From Candidatus Omnitrophota bacterium (GTDB lineage Bacteria; Omnitrophota; Gorgyraeia; 1-14-0-20-64-10), in assembly GCA_016177405.1 (NCBI GenBank), contig JACOVG010000033.1:41486-105485 (forward strand): 64,000 bases of DNA. Reading direction: 5' to 3'. Made by a program: the position numbers and the translations under genes. Positions 1 through 8,862 of the stretch are shown one piece after another. Under the pieces are notes generated by a model that ran no database searches, was not told the DNA's origin, and worked only from the letters and a program-made list of their open reading frames with translations. Position 1 is the stretch's first letter; each line of letters starts with the position of its first letter.

Positions 1-1164
1 GATCTGGCGCGCGCTGCCCGCGCAGCCGTCAACCGGCGCTCGGGCTACAACGCGCCCCGCGTTTTGCACGCGATGGGAGAGGGGGCGATCCACTGCGCGA
101 CCGACGATCTGGCGGTCACCGGCGAAGTGGACATCCGGACGCTGCATTCGAATTGCGTGCTGGCCTTCGACGTGGATAAGCCGCGGAAACTGGTGCGTGA
201 GTTTTATGGCCAGGCGGCGGAAACCCCGCAGCCGGAGCTCTGTTGCCCGACGAAATTCGATGATGCAATGATCAGCCATATCCCGAAGGAGGTCATTGAC
301 CGGTTCTACGGGTGCGGGTCACCCGTCACCTTCGGGAACCTGCAACCGGGGGAAACCTTCCTCGACCTGGGTTCCGGCGCAGGGATCGACTGCTTCATCG
401 CGGCGAAGCTCGTCGGGCCCGCCGGCCGCGTGATCGGAGTGGACATGACGGATCAGATGCTGGAGGTGGCCAACCGGAACCGTCCCCTGGTGGCCAAAAA
501 CCTGGGATATGAGGTCGTCGAGTTCAGGAAGGGTTATCTGGAGGTGGTGCCGGTCGAATTGAAGAGTGTGGACCTGGTCACTTCCAACTGCGTCATCAAT
601 CTCTCCCCGGACAAACCGAGAGTCTTCGCCGAGATCTGGAGGATCCTGAAAAACCACGGCCGGGTGGTGATCGCCGACATCGTTTCCGACCGTCCGGTTC
701 CGGCGCAATTAAAGGTCAACCCCAAGCTCTGGGGCGAGTGCACGGTGGGGGCTCTCACGGAGGAAGAATTCCTCGCCAAACTTGAGGAGGCCGGCTTCTA
801 CGGGTTGACGGTTTTGAAGAAGAGCTACTGGAAAACGATCGAGGGTTACGATTTTTACTCCGTGACAGTGGTTGGGTACAAATTTGAGAAAACTGCCGGG
901 TGCCAATTTATCGGCCAACGGGCGATCTACCTCGGCCCCATGAAGTCGGTGATCGATGAAGAAGGGCATCTTTTCCCGCGCGATGTGGAAGTGGAGGTCT
1001 GCACGGATACCGCTGCCAAGCTTGCTCATCCGCCCTACGCGGGATCGTTCACCGTACTGGAGCCGTCTTCCAAAGGTCATCCCCGCGAAGGCGGGGATCT
1101 GATTCCCGTTTCCACGGGAATGACAAAACCAGCCAAAAACGACTGCGCCCCGGGCTGCTGTTGA
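1..1164 (+). CDS. arsM: ArsM/AS3MT-like SAM-dependent arsenite methyltransferase domain protein, 5'-truncated by the window edge (possibly fused to an upstream domain)
   Basis: Frame is open from base 1. Has SAM motif LDLGSGAGID, ArsM-type Cys motifs LCCP, YGCGSP, SNCVINL and WGEC, and a C-terminal CC. Confidence 0.8.
   Translation, partial: DLARAARAAVNRRSGYNAPRVLHAMGEGAIHCATDDLAVTGEVDIRTLHSNCVLAFDVDKPRKLVREFYGQAAETPQPELCCPTKFDDAMISHIPKEVIDRFYGCGSPVTFGNLQPGETFLDLGSGAGIDCFIAAKLVGPAGRVIGVDMTDQMLEVANRNRPLVAKNLGYEVVEFRKGYLEVVPVELKSVDLVTSNCVINLSPDKPRVFAEIWRILKNHGRVVIADIVSDRPVPAQLKVNPKLWGECTVGALTEEEFLAKLEEAGFYGLTVLKKSYWKTIEGYDFYSVTVVGYKFEKTAGCQFIGQRAIYLGPMKSVIDEEGHLFPRDVEVEVCTDTAAKLAHPPYAGSFTVLEPSSKGHPREGGDLIPVSTGMTKPAKNDCAPGCC
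1076..1124. repeat. REP-like palindromic element inserted in frame in the arsM C-terminus
   Basis: GTCATCCCCGCGAAGGCGGGGATC-TGATTCCCGTTTCCACGGGAATGAC: terminal GTCAT/ATGAC inverted repeat plus two internal hairpins. The minus strand reads HSRGNGNQIPAFAGMT. Confidence 0.8.
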
Positions 1165-1165
1165 G

Positions 1166-2287
1166 ATGGCACTCCTCTTGGCGCTCTTGGCCGCCGTCCT
1201 ATTCCTGGCGTATACCAACGGGGCCAACGACAACTTCAAGGGGGTCGCCACCCTGTTTGGCAGCCGCACGGCAGGATACGGCAGGGTGCTCACCTGGGCG
1301 ACTGTCACGACGTTCGCCGGGTCCCTGACGGCGGTGGGGTTGTCCCAGGGGCTCATCAATGCCTTCAGCGGAGAGGGGTTGGTCCCGGCCGCTGTGACGG
1401 CGCAGCCCGCTTTCCTGTTGGCCGTCGGCCTGGGAGCCGCCCTCACCGTATTCCTGGCGACGGTCACCGGCTTTCCGATCTCCACGACCCACGCCTTGAC
1501 TGGGGCTCTCGTGGGGGCCGGCCTTGTGCAGGCGGGTTCGGTCGATTTCACCAGACTCGGCCAAAGTTTCTTTCTCCCGCTGGCTGTCAGCCCGGTGCTG
1601 GGTTTCGCTCTCACGAGCGTCCTGTATCCGATCTTTCGGCTGGCGCGCGCGAACTTAGGCATCGAACGCCAGATGTGCCTCTGTGTGGACGGCGGCCAGA
1701 TGCAGCCCATCCGGATCCGGCCGGATGGCGCGGCGGTGCTCCAGGCGACGGGGATGAAGCTTTCCGTGGGACAGCTCCAGGAGTGTGTTCAGCGGTATGA
1801 GGGGCGGGTCATCGGGATCGATGCCCAGCGAATGTTGGACCGGCTCCACCATCTCTCGGCCGGTGCCGTCAGTTTTGCGCGGGGCCTGAACGACACGCCG
1901 AAAATCGTGGCCCTGCTCCTGGCCGCGCGGGGGCTCGGGCTTCATCCCTCGACCGGGATGGTGGCTGTCGGCATCGCCATGGCGGTGGGCGGACTCCTGA
2001 ATGCCCGGAAAGTTGCCGTCACCATGAGCCAGCGAATCACTTCGATGAACCATGGGCAGGGGTTTACCGCCAACCTCGTCACCTCCTGCTTGGTGACGAC
2101 GGCTTCGACGTTCGGTCTGCCGGTGTCGACGACCCACGTCTCCTGCGGATCTCTCTTTGGGCTCGGCGCCGTCAATGGCACGGCGCGCTGGGGCGTCATC
2201 CGGACCATCGCGCTCTCTTGGCTCGCGACCTTGCCGCTGGCCGCGGGATTGGGCGCCGCTGTCGCCTGGGGAGCCCGTCTTTTCTAG
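1166..2287 (+). CDS. PiT-family inorganic phosphate/anion permease
   Basis: PHO4 signatures GANDNF and GLNDTPK, PISTTH/PVSTTH motifs, multiple TM helices. Confidence 0.9.
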   Translation: MALLLALLAAVLFLAYTNGANDNFKGVATLFGSRTAGYGRVLTWATVTTFAGSLTAVGLSQGLINAFSGEGLVPAAVTAQPAFLLAVGLGAALTVFLATVTGFPISTTHALTGALVGAGLVQAGSVDFTRLGQSFFLPLAVSPVLGFALTSVLYPIFRLARANLGIERQMCLCVDGGQMQPIRIRPDGAAVLQATGMKLSVGQLQECVQRYEGRVIGIDAQRMLDRLHHLSAGAVSFARGLNDTPKIVALLLAARGLGLHPSTGMVAVGIAMAVGGLLNARKVAVTMSQRITSMNHGQGFTANLVTSCLVTTASTFGLPVSTTHVSCGSLFGLGAVNGTARWGVIRTIALSWLATLPLAAGLGAAVAWGARLF

Positions 2288-2298
2288 TGGGATCGTTT

Positions 2299-3588
2299 AT
2301 GTTTCCTCCGGCGTTTCTCTGGGGGGCGGCGACGTCCGCCCACCAGGTGGAGGGTCATAACATCCACAGCGATTGGTGGGCGTGGGAAGCATCGGGCAAA
2401 GTGAAGGAGCGGTCCGGGGCTGCCTGCGAACACTATGAGCGGTTCAGAGAGGATTTCGCCCTCGCCCAGCAACTGGGCCATAACGCCCACCGATTCTCCA
2501 TCGAGTGGAGCCGCATCGAGCCGGAGCCCGGCCGGTGGGATGAAGGGGCCATTGCACACTACCAGGAGGTCATCCAAGCCCTGCGGGAACGAGCGCTTGA
2601 GCCCGTCGTCACGCTCTTTCACTTTACGAGCCCCCAGTGGTTTAGCGAGCAGGGTGGCTGGAGACATCCCCAGGCGATTGAGCGGTTTAGCCGGTACGTC
2701 GAGCGGGTCCTGGAGGCCATCGGGTCTTCGGTGCGCTACTGGGTGACGTTCAATGAGCCGATGATCTACGTCTACCAGGGGTATATCGCCGGCGTCTGGC
2801 CTCCAGGACAACGATCGTGGACCGCCGCCTTTCGAATCTTTGAGCGTTTGCTCCATGCGCATACCGTCGCGTATCATCTGATCCATTCCCGGCTGGATCA
2901 CAGCGCGCGGAAGCCGGTGGTTGGTGTGGCCAAGCACATGGTCATCTTCAACTCCTGCAATCCACGTTCATGGAAAGATCGATTCGCACGGTGGATGCGC
3001 CACCGTTGCTTCAATGGGGTGGTCGCAAGCGCGTTCGATCGAGGCCATCTGCTGCCTCGGTTTTGGCTTGCCGCCAAGCGAGCCGGGTACCGACGCTATC
3101 TGGATTTCATCGGATTGAACTACTACACGCGGGATTTTGTCCACTTCAATGGCTGGACCGGTGGCAAGGTCTTCGGTGAAGTCTGCTCGCTCGCGCACCA
3201 TCGGGATACGGGGCCTCGTAACTCGCTTGGATGGGAAGTCTATCCTGAGGGCATCTACGAGAGTCTTCGGCAGCTGACGCGATTCGGGCTGCCGATCCTG
3301 ATCACGGAAAACGGCGTCTGTACGAATGACGATGGGCAGCGGGTGCAGTTCATTCACGACCACCTGACGCAGGTTAGCCGGGCGATGAGCGAAGGCGTCC
3401 CGGTGTTTGGCTACTTACACTGGTCGCTCCTGGACAACTACGAGTGGCATGAAGGGTTTGCCCCACGGTTCGGCTTGGCGGAAGTGGATTACGCGACCCA
3501 GGAACGCCGCGTTCGTCCCAGCGCGCGCTACCTGGCGGCGATTGCCAAAACCAGACAGATGGTGGCGATGAGCGGAGTTCCGCCATGA
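2299..3588 (+). CDS. Glycoside hydrolase family 1 (beta-glucosidase-like)
   Basis: FLWGAATSAHQVEG, RFSIEWSRIEP, acid/base TFNEP, nucleophile ITENG, WSLLDNYEW. ATG at 2299 chosen because it precedes the family N-terminal motif. Confidence 0.93.
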   Translation: MFPPAFLWGAATSAHQVEGHNIHSDWWAWEASGKVKERSGAACEHYERFREDFALAQQLGHNAHRFSIEWSRIEPEPGRWDEGAIAHYQEVIQALRERALEPVVTLFHFTSPQWFSEQGGWRHPQAIERFSRYVERVLEAIGSSVRYWVTFNEPMIYVYQGYIAGVWPPGQRSWTAAFRIFERLLHAHTVAYHLIHSRLDHSARKPVVGVAKHMVIFNSCNPRSWKDRFARWMRHRCFNGVVASAFDRGHLLPRFWLAAKRAGYRRYLDFIGLNYYTRDFVHFNGWTGGKVFGEVCSLAHHRDTGPRNSLGWEVYPEGIYESLRQLTRFGLPILITENGVCTNDDGQRVQFIHDHLTQVSRAMSEGVPVFGYLHWSLLDNYEWHEGFAPRFGLAEVDYATQERRVRPSARYLAAIAKTRQMVAMSGVPP

Positions 3589-4841
3589 ACCTCTGCGTGA
3601 TCATCCCGACGCTGAATGAGGCCGAAACCCTTCCACGCCTTCTTACCCCATTGCGAGCGGGTGGGGTGTCGGAGATCCTCGTCGTGGATGGAGGCAGCCG
3701 CGATGGCACCCCGGACATTGCCCGGAAGTTTGGCGTGACGTGCTTGCCGTCAACCCGGGGACGTGCGGCTCAGCTGAACCGGGGCGCGGCGGCCGCCCGC
3801 GGCGATTGGCTCTGGTTCCTACACGCTGATACGGCCCTGTCGGCGGATTGGCACGAGCAACTCCGCCGGGCGATGGAAGATCCGGCTGTCGTTGGAGGCG
3901 GTTTCCGGTCCGTTATCGATGCGCCCGGAGCGGGCTACCGGTTCTTGGATGCGTGGGGATGGCTGAGAACGAGGAGCCAGCGCAGCTTCTACGGGGATCA
4001 AGGAATTTTTGTCCGCCGGGATCTGTTTGAGCGTTTGGGGGGGTTCGCGGAGATTCCCGTGTGCGAAGATGCCGAGTTCTCCAGACGGATGTGGCGGGCC
4101 GGACGGGTGGCGATTCTTCCAGGTCCGCTGCGCACCTCGGCCCGGCGGTGGCAGCGGCACGGCTGGTGGCGCACCGTCTTTCAACATTCCTGCCTGGTCC
4201 TTACCCATTCGCCCATTCTCCCGTTCTTTCGTTCTCTCGTTCCTGTTGTCATCTTCGCCAAGCTTCCGGTCCCCGGAGAAGTGAAAACGCGCCTGGTTCC
4301 CCCTTTGACCCAGCAAGAAGCCGCTGACCTGGCGCTCAAGCTGCTTCGCGAGACGGTCGCGACGGTGAGACGGCTGAATGGCGTCCAGCCGATCGTGGCG
4401 GTCTGGCCTCCGGATGGGCTTGCTCGGATGCGCGAGCTTCTTTCCATGCCGGTCCGCCTTATCCCACAGGAGGACGGGGGTTTTGGAAAGCGGCTCGCGG
4501 ATATCTTCAACAAACTCCACGAAGAGGGCGCAAAGGGAACGATCATCCTGGGGGCGGACCATCCCAATCTTCCGGCGGGCTACCTCAAGCAGGCGGTGAA
4601 GCTCTTAAGCAACGGCAAGGATCGAATCGTCCTGGGCCCGACAGAGGACGGGGGCTACTACCTGATCGGCTTGACCCGGCCCCACCCGGAGCTTTTTCAC
4701 AACATCCCCTTCAGCAGCCCCGATGTCCTCAAAGCTACCCGGGAGCGGGCTAAGACCGCAGGGCTTCCGGTCGCGCTGCTTCCCCCCTGGTACGACCTCG
4801 ACCGCCCGGAGGACCTTTCACGGTACAATAGCTCTCCGTGA
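3585..4841 (+). CDS. Fusion of GT2 glycosyltransferase (TIGR04283-like) and DUF2064/TIGR04282-like transferase
   Basis: N-half IIPTLNE, VVDGGSRD, FLHADT, YGDQG, TSARRW. C-half IFAKLPVPGEVKTRL, GADHP, LGPTEDGGYYLIG, WYDLDRPEDL. Confidence 0.85.
   Translation: MNLCVIIPTLNEAETLPRLLTPLRAGGVSEILVVDGGSRDGTPDIARKFGVTCLPSTRGRAAQLNRGAAAARGDWLWFLHADTALSADWHEQLRRAMEDPAVVGGGFRSVIDAPGAGYRFLDAWGWLRTRSQRSFYGDQGIFVRRDLFERLGGFAEIPVCEDAEFSRRMWRAGRVAILPGPLRTSARRWQRHGWWRTVFQHSCLVLTHSPILPFFRSLVPVVIFAKLPVPGEVKTRLVPPLTQQEAADLALKLLRETVATVRRLNGVQPIVAVWPPDGLARMRELLSMPVRLIPQEDGGFGKRLADIFNKLHEEGAKGTIILGADHPNLPAGYLKQAVKLLSNGKDRIVLGPTEDGGYYLIGLTRPHPELFHNIPFSSPDVLKATRERAKTAGLPVALLPPWYDLDRPEDLSRYNSSP
4204..4243. repeat. 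Degenerate 8-bp tandem repeat (5 copies) at the domain junction
   Basis: CCCATTCG CCCATTCT CCCGTTCT TTCGTTCT CTCGTTCC. Confidence 0.7.
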
Positions 4842-5551
4842 AGAAGAGACTCTCCATTCTGCTGTTTCTAGGCGCCCTCTTTTCCGCCTATGCCGAGGCA
4901 GCCTCCGGAGCTGTCCAGGTGGATGAAGTCCGTTATCGAGACGATCCAGAATTGACCGGAACCTTGGCCATCCCTCAAGGGGAGGGACCCTTTCCAGCGG
5001 TAATCTACAACCATGGGGGGTTTGGCGGCTTCATCGCGGGCCCGCCGAGAGAGACCGCCCAAGCTCTGGCCCAGGCGGGGTACGTCGGGCTCTCTCCGAT
5101 TCGAAGGGACGATGTCGCCATGGAGGGAAATCTGGAAGATGTTTTAGCGGCAGTGGATTATGTGAAGGGCCTTGAAAAGGTTGACCCTCACCGGATCGCC
5201 CTGCTGGGATTTTCCCGCGGCGGGCTTTTGGTTCTGATGGCGGCCGCCGAAAGGACCGATCTAACGGCGATTGTCCTGATGGCTCCGGCTCCGGGCCGGG
5301 GGCATCTGGGGCCGGTCCTGGATCGGTTGAACCGAGTCCATGTCCCTGTCTTACTGATGGTGGCCTCCAACGATGAAAAGCAGGCCGATCATGTGGGGAT
5401 CGCCAAGGAAATCCACCAGAGGCTCAAGGCCGAAGGAAAGAATTCCAAGCTCATCGTCTATCCCCCCTATGGCTCTGACGGCCACCGCCTTTTTTTCGAG
5501 GTGGGCGCCTACTGGAAGGATCTCCTCGCTTTCCTCCAGACGTATCTGTAA
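4838..5551 (+). CDS. Exported dienelactone-hydrolase-family alpha/beta hydrolase
   Basis: Signal peptide, GPFPAVIYNHGG, nucleophile GFSRGG, C-terminal GH catalytic His. Confidence 0.85.
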   Translation: MKKRLSILLFLGALFSAYAEAASGAVQVDEVRYRDDPELTGTLAIPQGEGPFPAVIYNHGGFGGFIAGPPRETAQALAQAGYVGLSPIRRDDVAMEGNLEDVLAAVDYVKGLEKVDPHRIALLGFSRGGLLVLMAAAERTDLTAIVLMAPAPGRGHLGPVLDRLNRVHVPVLLMVASNDEKQADHVGIAKEIHQRLKAEGKNSKLIVYPPYGSDGHRLFFEVGAYWKDLLAFLQTYL

Positions 5552-5602
5552 GGAATGCCGCCACTGTAGACGTTAATATTAATCAAAATCTACTTCTAGG
5601 GT

Positions 5603-5631
5603 TTGACAATTCCGCGGGGATGTGCCATAGT
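5603..5631 (+). promoter_or_regulatory. Promoter TTGACA-17-CATAGT
   Basis: Exact 17-bp spacing, AT-rich upstream region, AAGGAGG SD before ATG 5665. Confidence 0.6.
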
Positions 5632-5664
5632 CCCCTTAGAATAAAATAAAGGAGGAAACCCCCC

Positions 5665-8025
5665 ATGGTCGCCTTAATCCGCCGCTTCGGCCTTCTCGTC
5701 GTGTTCGCGCTCTCCTTTTCGGTTGGCCCAACTCCCCTGGTTTGGGCTGATTTCCCCGACGAGGAAGATGCACACTGGCAGCTCATCAAGGAGCGCAAGA
5801 AGAGACTTCTGGCCCGGCTTACCACGCCTTACGGGATCGAAGAGCTAACGGGGAACCTGGATGAGATCCCCTGGCGGCATTTGCGTCTTCAGAAAGAGGG
5901 CAGTTTCGAGGCGGGCGGCCGAATCTCCGGTGAGGGGCCGTTTCCCTTCCACGTGAATTATGGCCCGCGGGCGGAGTCCGGCAGCGGGGTTTTCGATTCT
6001 CTCCGTCTGGCCTGGAACGTCAACAAGGACGCGGGGAACCGCTACGCCCGCTTGGGCAATCTCCGGGTGCGCGAAGATTCCCGGCACCCGCTTGGCCCCG
6101 AAGGGGGTCAGGTTCTCTTCTCCGGGGATTGGTCCGGCAGTCTACGGATGGCCGACCGGTATCGCAACGGCATGCTTAGCCTGAAAGGCAGCAAGAGGCT
6201 TTTTTGGAGATGGAACAACCAGGAGCGGCATGTGGTCTGGAGCGGAAATGAATGGGGGAGCGGCTCCCTGTGGCTGGGCGCCATCCAGCCCGACCGGATT
6301 GATTTGAAAAGGGCTTTTTTCAGGGGCGATCTCCAGGTGGGGGACCTTCTCCTCAAGCCCAGGTTCTACCTGGACAAAACCAGCCTGCGGTGGAACCGAA
6401 CAGCGTCCCAGGTAAGCGGTGGACTCTACGAACAGAGGGGACCGTCTATCCTCCTGGCCGAGGCGGATTTCGACCAAGAGCGGTGGCAGAATCTGAAAAC
6501 CCGCGTGGAGGATGAGCTGATTCCAACCGGCGGAGATCAGGAGCAGTGGCTTCAGGCTCTGTCCGATCTGCAGGATGCCGTGCGGCTTAGAAAGATCACC
6601 ATCAAGCCCCGCCTCTTGGACCGGCGCGTGGATATAGGCTACCGTCCGGCGGACAAGGTCCTTCACATGATCGCCAGAGATTTTCCGGTCGTCGAAATAG
6701 ACTTCAGCGGTGTGGCCCGCCCGATCGATGTCGCGCTGGCCAGCCAGCAGATCACCGGGTTGCCGCTCAACCGCCTGCTGGAAAACCAGGAGAAGCTCCT
6801 GCTGTCCAATTTCTCTCAGACGCTGTACGGGGAGAAAACGCCTGCCTACCTGGAGGCCTTTTCGCCGGTCGCCTCTTTCGGGGCCGTTTCCTCCGGCTCG
6901 GTCCAGTTCCTAAACCAAAGCGGTTTCGCCCTGGAGGATCCCCTGTACGACGAAAACGGCGGCATCCGGCTGGGCTACCGGCACGGGGCGATGGAGTCTC
7001 TCACGCCCCTGTTCGACGGCGCCAGCTACACCCAGCTTGGGATTCAGGGCGGCGATGTGGATGTGGCCCAGGTGGGATGGCGCCAGCCGCTTCTGACGGG
7101 TCCGGCCGTCTCCCTTGCCGCGGAGGGGATGGCGTACGTGGCCAACTTCCAAGACGACCTGCAGTTTTCCCTCGAAGGCCCCCGGGATCCGCTGCGGGAA
7201 GAGTTCCTGACGTTCCGCGCGCCGGAGGGAATTCTCCTGGGGGAGGTCTCAGAGGAAAGAATTTCCAACCTGACCCTGCCGGGCGGCTTCTTAGGGGTGG
7301 AGGCCTCCGCCTTTGACGAAAGACTCGGTCTTCGTTACCGGGCGGTGCCTTACCTGCCGATCACGATCGGCGCCCACAGCGCGGAGGAAGGCGAGAGCGG
7401 GGACTTCCGGGGTCTTCTGGAGGCCGGAAACGCGATCGGGTATGCCTCCGACATCTCCGCTTTCGTCAAACAGCCGGTGCTGGGGCGGGAGGTTTTCGCC
7501 GCGCTCCACAAGGATGCCGCGGACCGCCTGGAGGCGGTTTCCTCCTGGGAGGTTCTGCCGGGCGTCAAACCCGGAATCCGCCTGGGCCAGGCGCGCGCCT
7601 TTGGCGACCTTCGGACGGCGTTCGTTAATGCCCGCTGGGGCGCGAACACCGTGGCCGCCAGCCTGCAGGAGGATGAAGCGCATCAGGCCCGCGGCTACGA
7701 TGTCCGGATGGGCCGTCTCTGGGGCGGCCGCCAATGGGAGGCCGGCATGACGCTCAAGCATTACCTGACCGGCGTCATCGAAGACGACGGCTTGGATCCT
7801 CTGTTGGAGCGGCAGTGGATGGCGAGCGTGTCAGATCCTTCCGGCCGCCAGCGGTTGATCCTGGCCTATGGGGACGATACGCTGGAAGCCAAGAACACCC
7901 TCTTCGCCGGCATCGAGCGGTCCGTCTCGGATTCGCTTCGCTGGAAAGGGGGAGCGGAACTGACCACTTTTCAGGAAGAGGAATCGGAACTGCGCGGCTC
8001 ATTCAATTTGCGCTGGCTCTTTTAA
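5665..8025 (+). CDS. Hypothetical exported protein, probable outer-membrane beta-barrel
   Basis: Signal peptide (VWA-D), many amphipathic strands, C-terminal GSFNLRWLF resembling a BamA beta-signal, strong SD. Confidence 0.65.
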   Translation: MVALIRRFGLLVVFALSFSVGPTPLVWADFPDEEDAHWQLIKERKKRLLARLTTPYGIEELTGNLDEIPWRHLRLQKEGSFEAGGRISGEGPFPFHVNYGPRAESGSGVFDSLRLAWNVNKDAGNRYARLGNLRVREDSRHPLGPEGGQVLFSGDWSGSLRMADRYRNGMLSLKGSKRLFWRWNNQERHVVWSGNEWGSGSLWLGAIQPDRIDLKRAFFRGDLQVGDLLLKPRFYLDKTSLRWNRTASQVSGGLYEQRGPSILLAEADFDQERWQNLKTRVEDELIPTGGDQEQWLQALSDLQDAVRLRKITIKPRLLDRRVDIGYRPADKVLHMIARDFPVVEIDFSGVARPIDVALASQQITGLPLNRLLENQEKLLLSNFSQTLYGEKTPAYLEAFSPVASFGAVSSGSVQFLNQSGFALEDPLYDENGGIRLGYRHGAMESLTPLFDGASYTQLGIQGGDVDVAQVGWRQPLLTGPAVSLAAEGMAYVANFQDDLQFSLEGPRDPLREEFLTFRAPEGILLGEVSEERISNLTLPGGFLGVEASAFDERLGLRYRAVPYLPITIGAHSAEEGESGDFRGLLEAGNAIGYASDISAFVKQPVLGREVFAALHKDAADRLEAVSSWEVLPGVKPGIRLGQARAFGDLRTAFVNARWGANTVAASLQEDEAHQARGYDVRMGRLWGGRQWEAGMTLKHYLTGVIEDDGLDPLLERQWMASVSDPSGRQRLILAYGDDTLEAKNTLFAGIERSVSDSLRWKGGAELTTFQEEESELRGSFNLRWLF

Positions 8026-8064
8026 CGCGTTTCTCGGGTAAAATAAGCCCGGAAAACCAAAGCG

Positions 8065-8391
8065 ATGGGGAATCCGAATAAACCGCTAAGGGCCAGGGAC
8101 CCGAGGATCGCGGCGGTCGTCAACCAGGGCGGCTGCACCGGCTGTGAGGCGTGCCTGACCATTTGCCCGGTGGACTCAATCGAGCCGGTGCCGGGGGCCG
8201 AGCACCCGGGCCTCTTCAAGCTCGTGGAGATCGACCTGGACCGCTGTATCGGCTGCGGGCTGTGCCCCAAGATCTGCCCGTGGGACACCATCACCATGGA
8301 ACCCTACCCGCAGGCCCGGTCCATGGCCCCGGAGCGGACCATCCGTTCCGTGGTTCCGGGCCATCGCGCCGCTTGCCCGGCACCTGTGTAA
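8065..8391 (+). CDS. 2x[4Fe-4S] ferredoxin
   Basis: CTGCEACLTICP and CIGCGLCPKICP. Confidence 0.9.
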   Translation: MGNPNKPLRARDPRIAAVVNQGGCTGCEACLTICPVDSIEPVPGAEHPGLFKLVEIDLDRCIGCGLCPKICPWDTITMEPYPQARSMAPERTIRSVVPGHRAACPAPV

Positions 8392-8862
8392 ATGGCCTCC
8401 ACCTATCTCACCCCCGCCGGTCTCGCCAAGCTGGAAAACGAGCTGGCCGAGCTCAAGAAGCAGAAACGCCGGCTCTCCGAAGAGGTGGGCATCGCCCGGG
8501 AGCTTGGGGATTTGCGGGAAAACGCCGAGTACCACGCCGCCAAGGAGCGGCTCCAGCATCTACTGGAGAGGGTTTCCGAGATAGAGTTCAAGCTCTCCAA
8601 CGTTCATGTGATCGATTCCAGCCAGCTCGATTCCAGCATGGCCTCGGTGGGGATGAGGCTTAAGGTGAAGGAGCTTGCTTCAGGTAAAGAGGAAAGCTAC
8701 ACCCTGGTCGGCGCCGAAGAGGCCGATCCCGCCAACGGAAAGATCTCCTTTCAATCGCCGCTCGGGCGCGCCTTCCTGGGCCACAAGGTCCAGGAGGAAG
8801 TGACCGCCATCCTTCCGGCCGGCTCCCGCTCTTACCGAATCCTCGCGATCACTCCCGCCTAG
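8392..8862 (+). CDS. greA: Transcription elongation factor GreA
   Basis: YLTPAGLAKLENEL, ARELGDLRENAEYHAAKE, ISFQSPLGRAFLG. Confidence 0.95.
   Translation: MASTYLTPAGLAKLENELAELKKQKRRLSEEVGIARELGDLRENAEYHAAKERLQHLLERVSEIEFKLSNVHVIDSSQLDSSMASVGMRLKVKELASGKEESYTLVGAEEADPANGKISFQSPLGRAFLGHKVQEEVTAILPAGSRSYRILAITPA

Noticed and set aside
1153-1170. Selenocysteine readthrough at GCC-UGA end of arsM
   Set aside because: A terminal CC is normal for ArsM, the next gene starts 1 nt later, and no SECIS-like hairpin could be supported.
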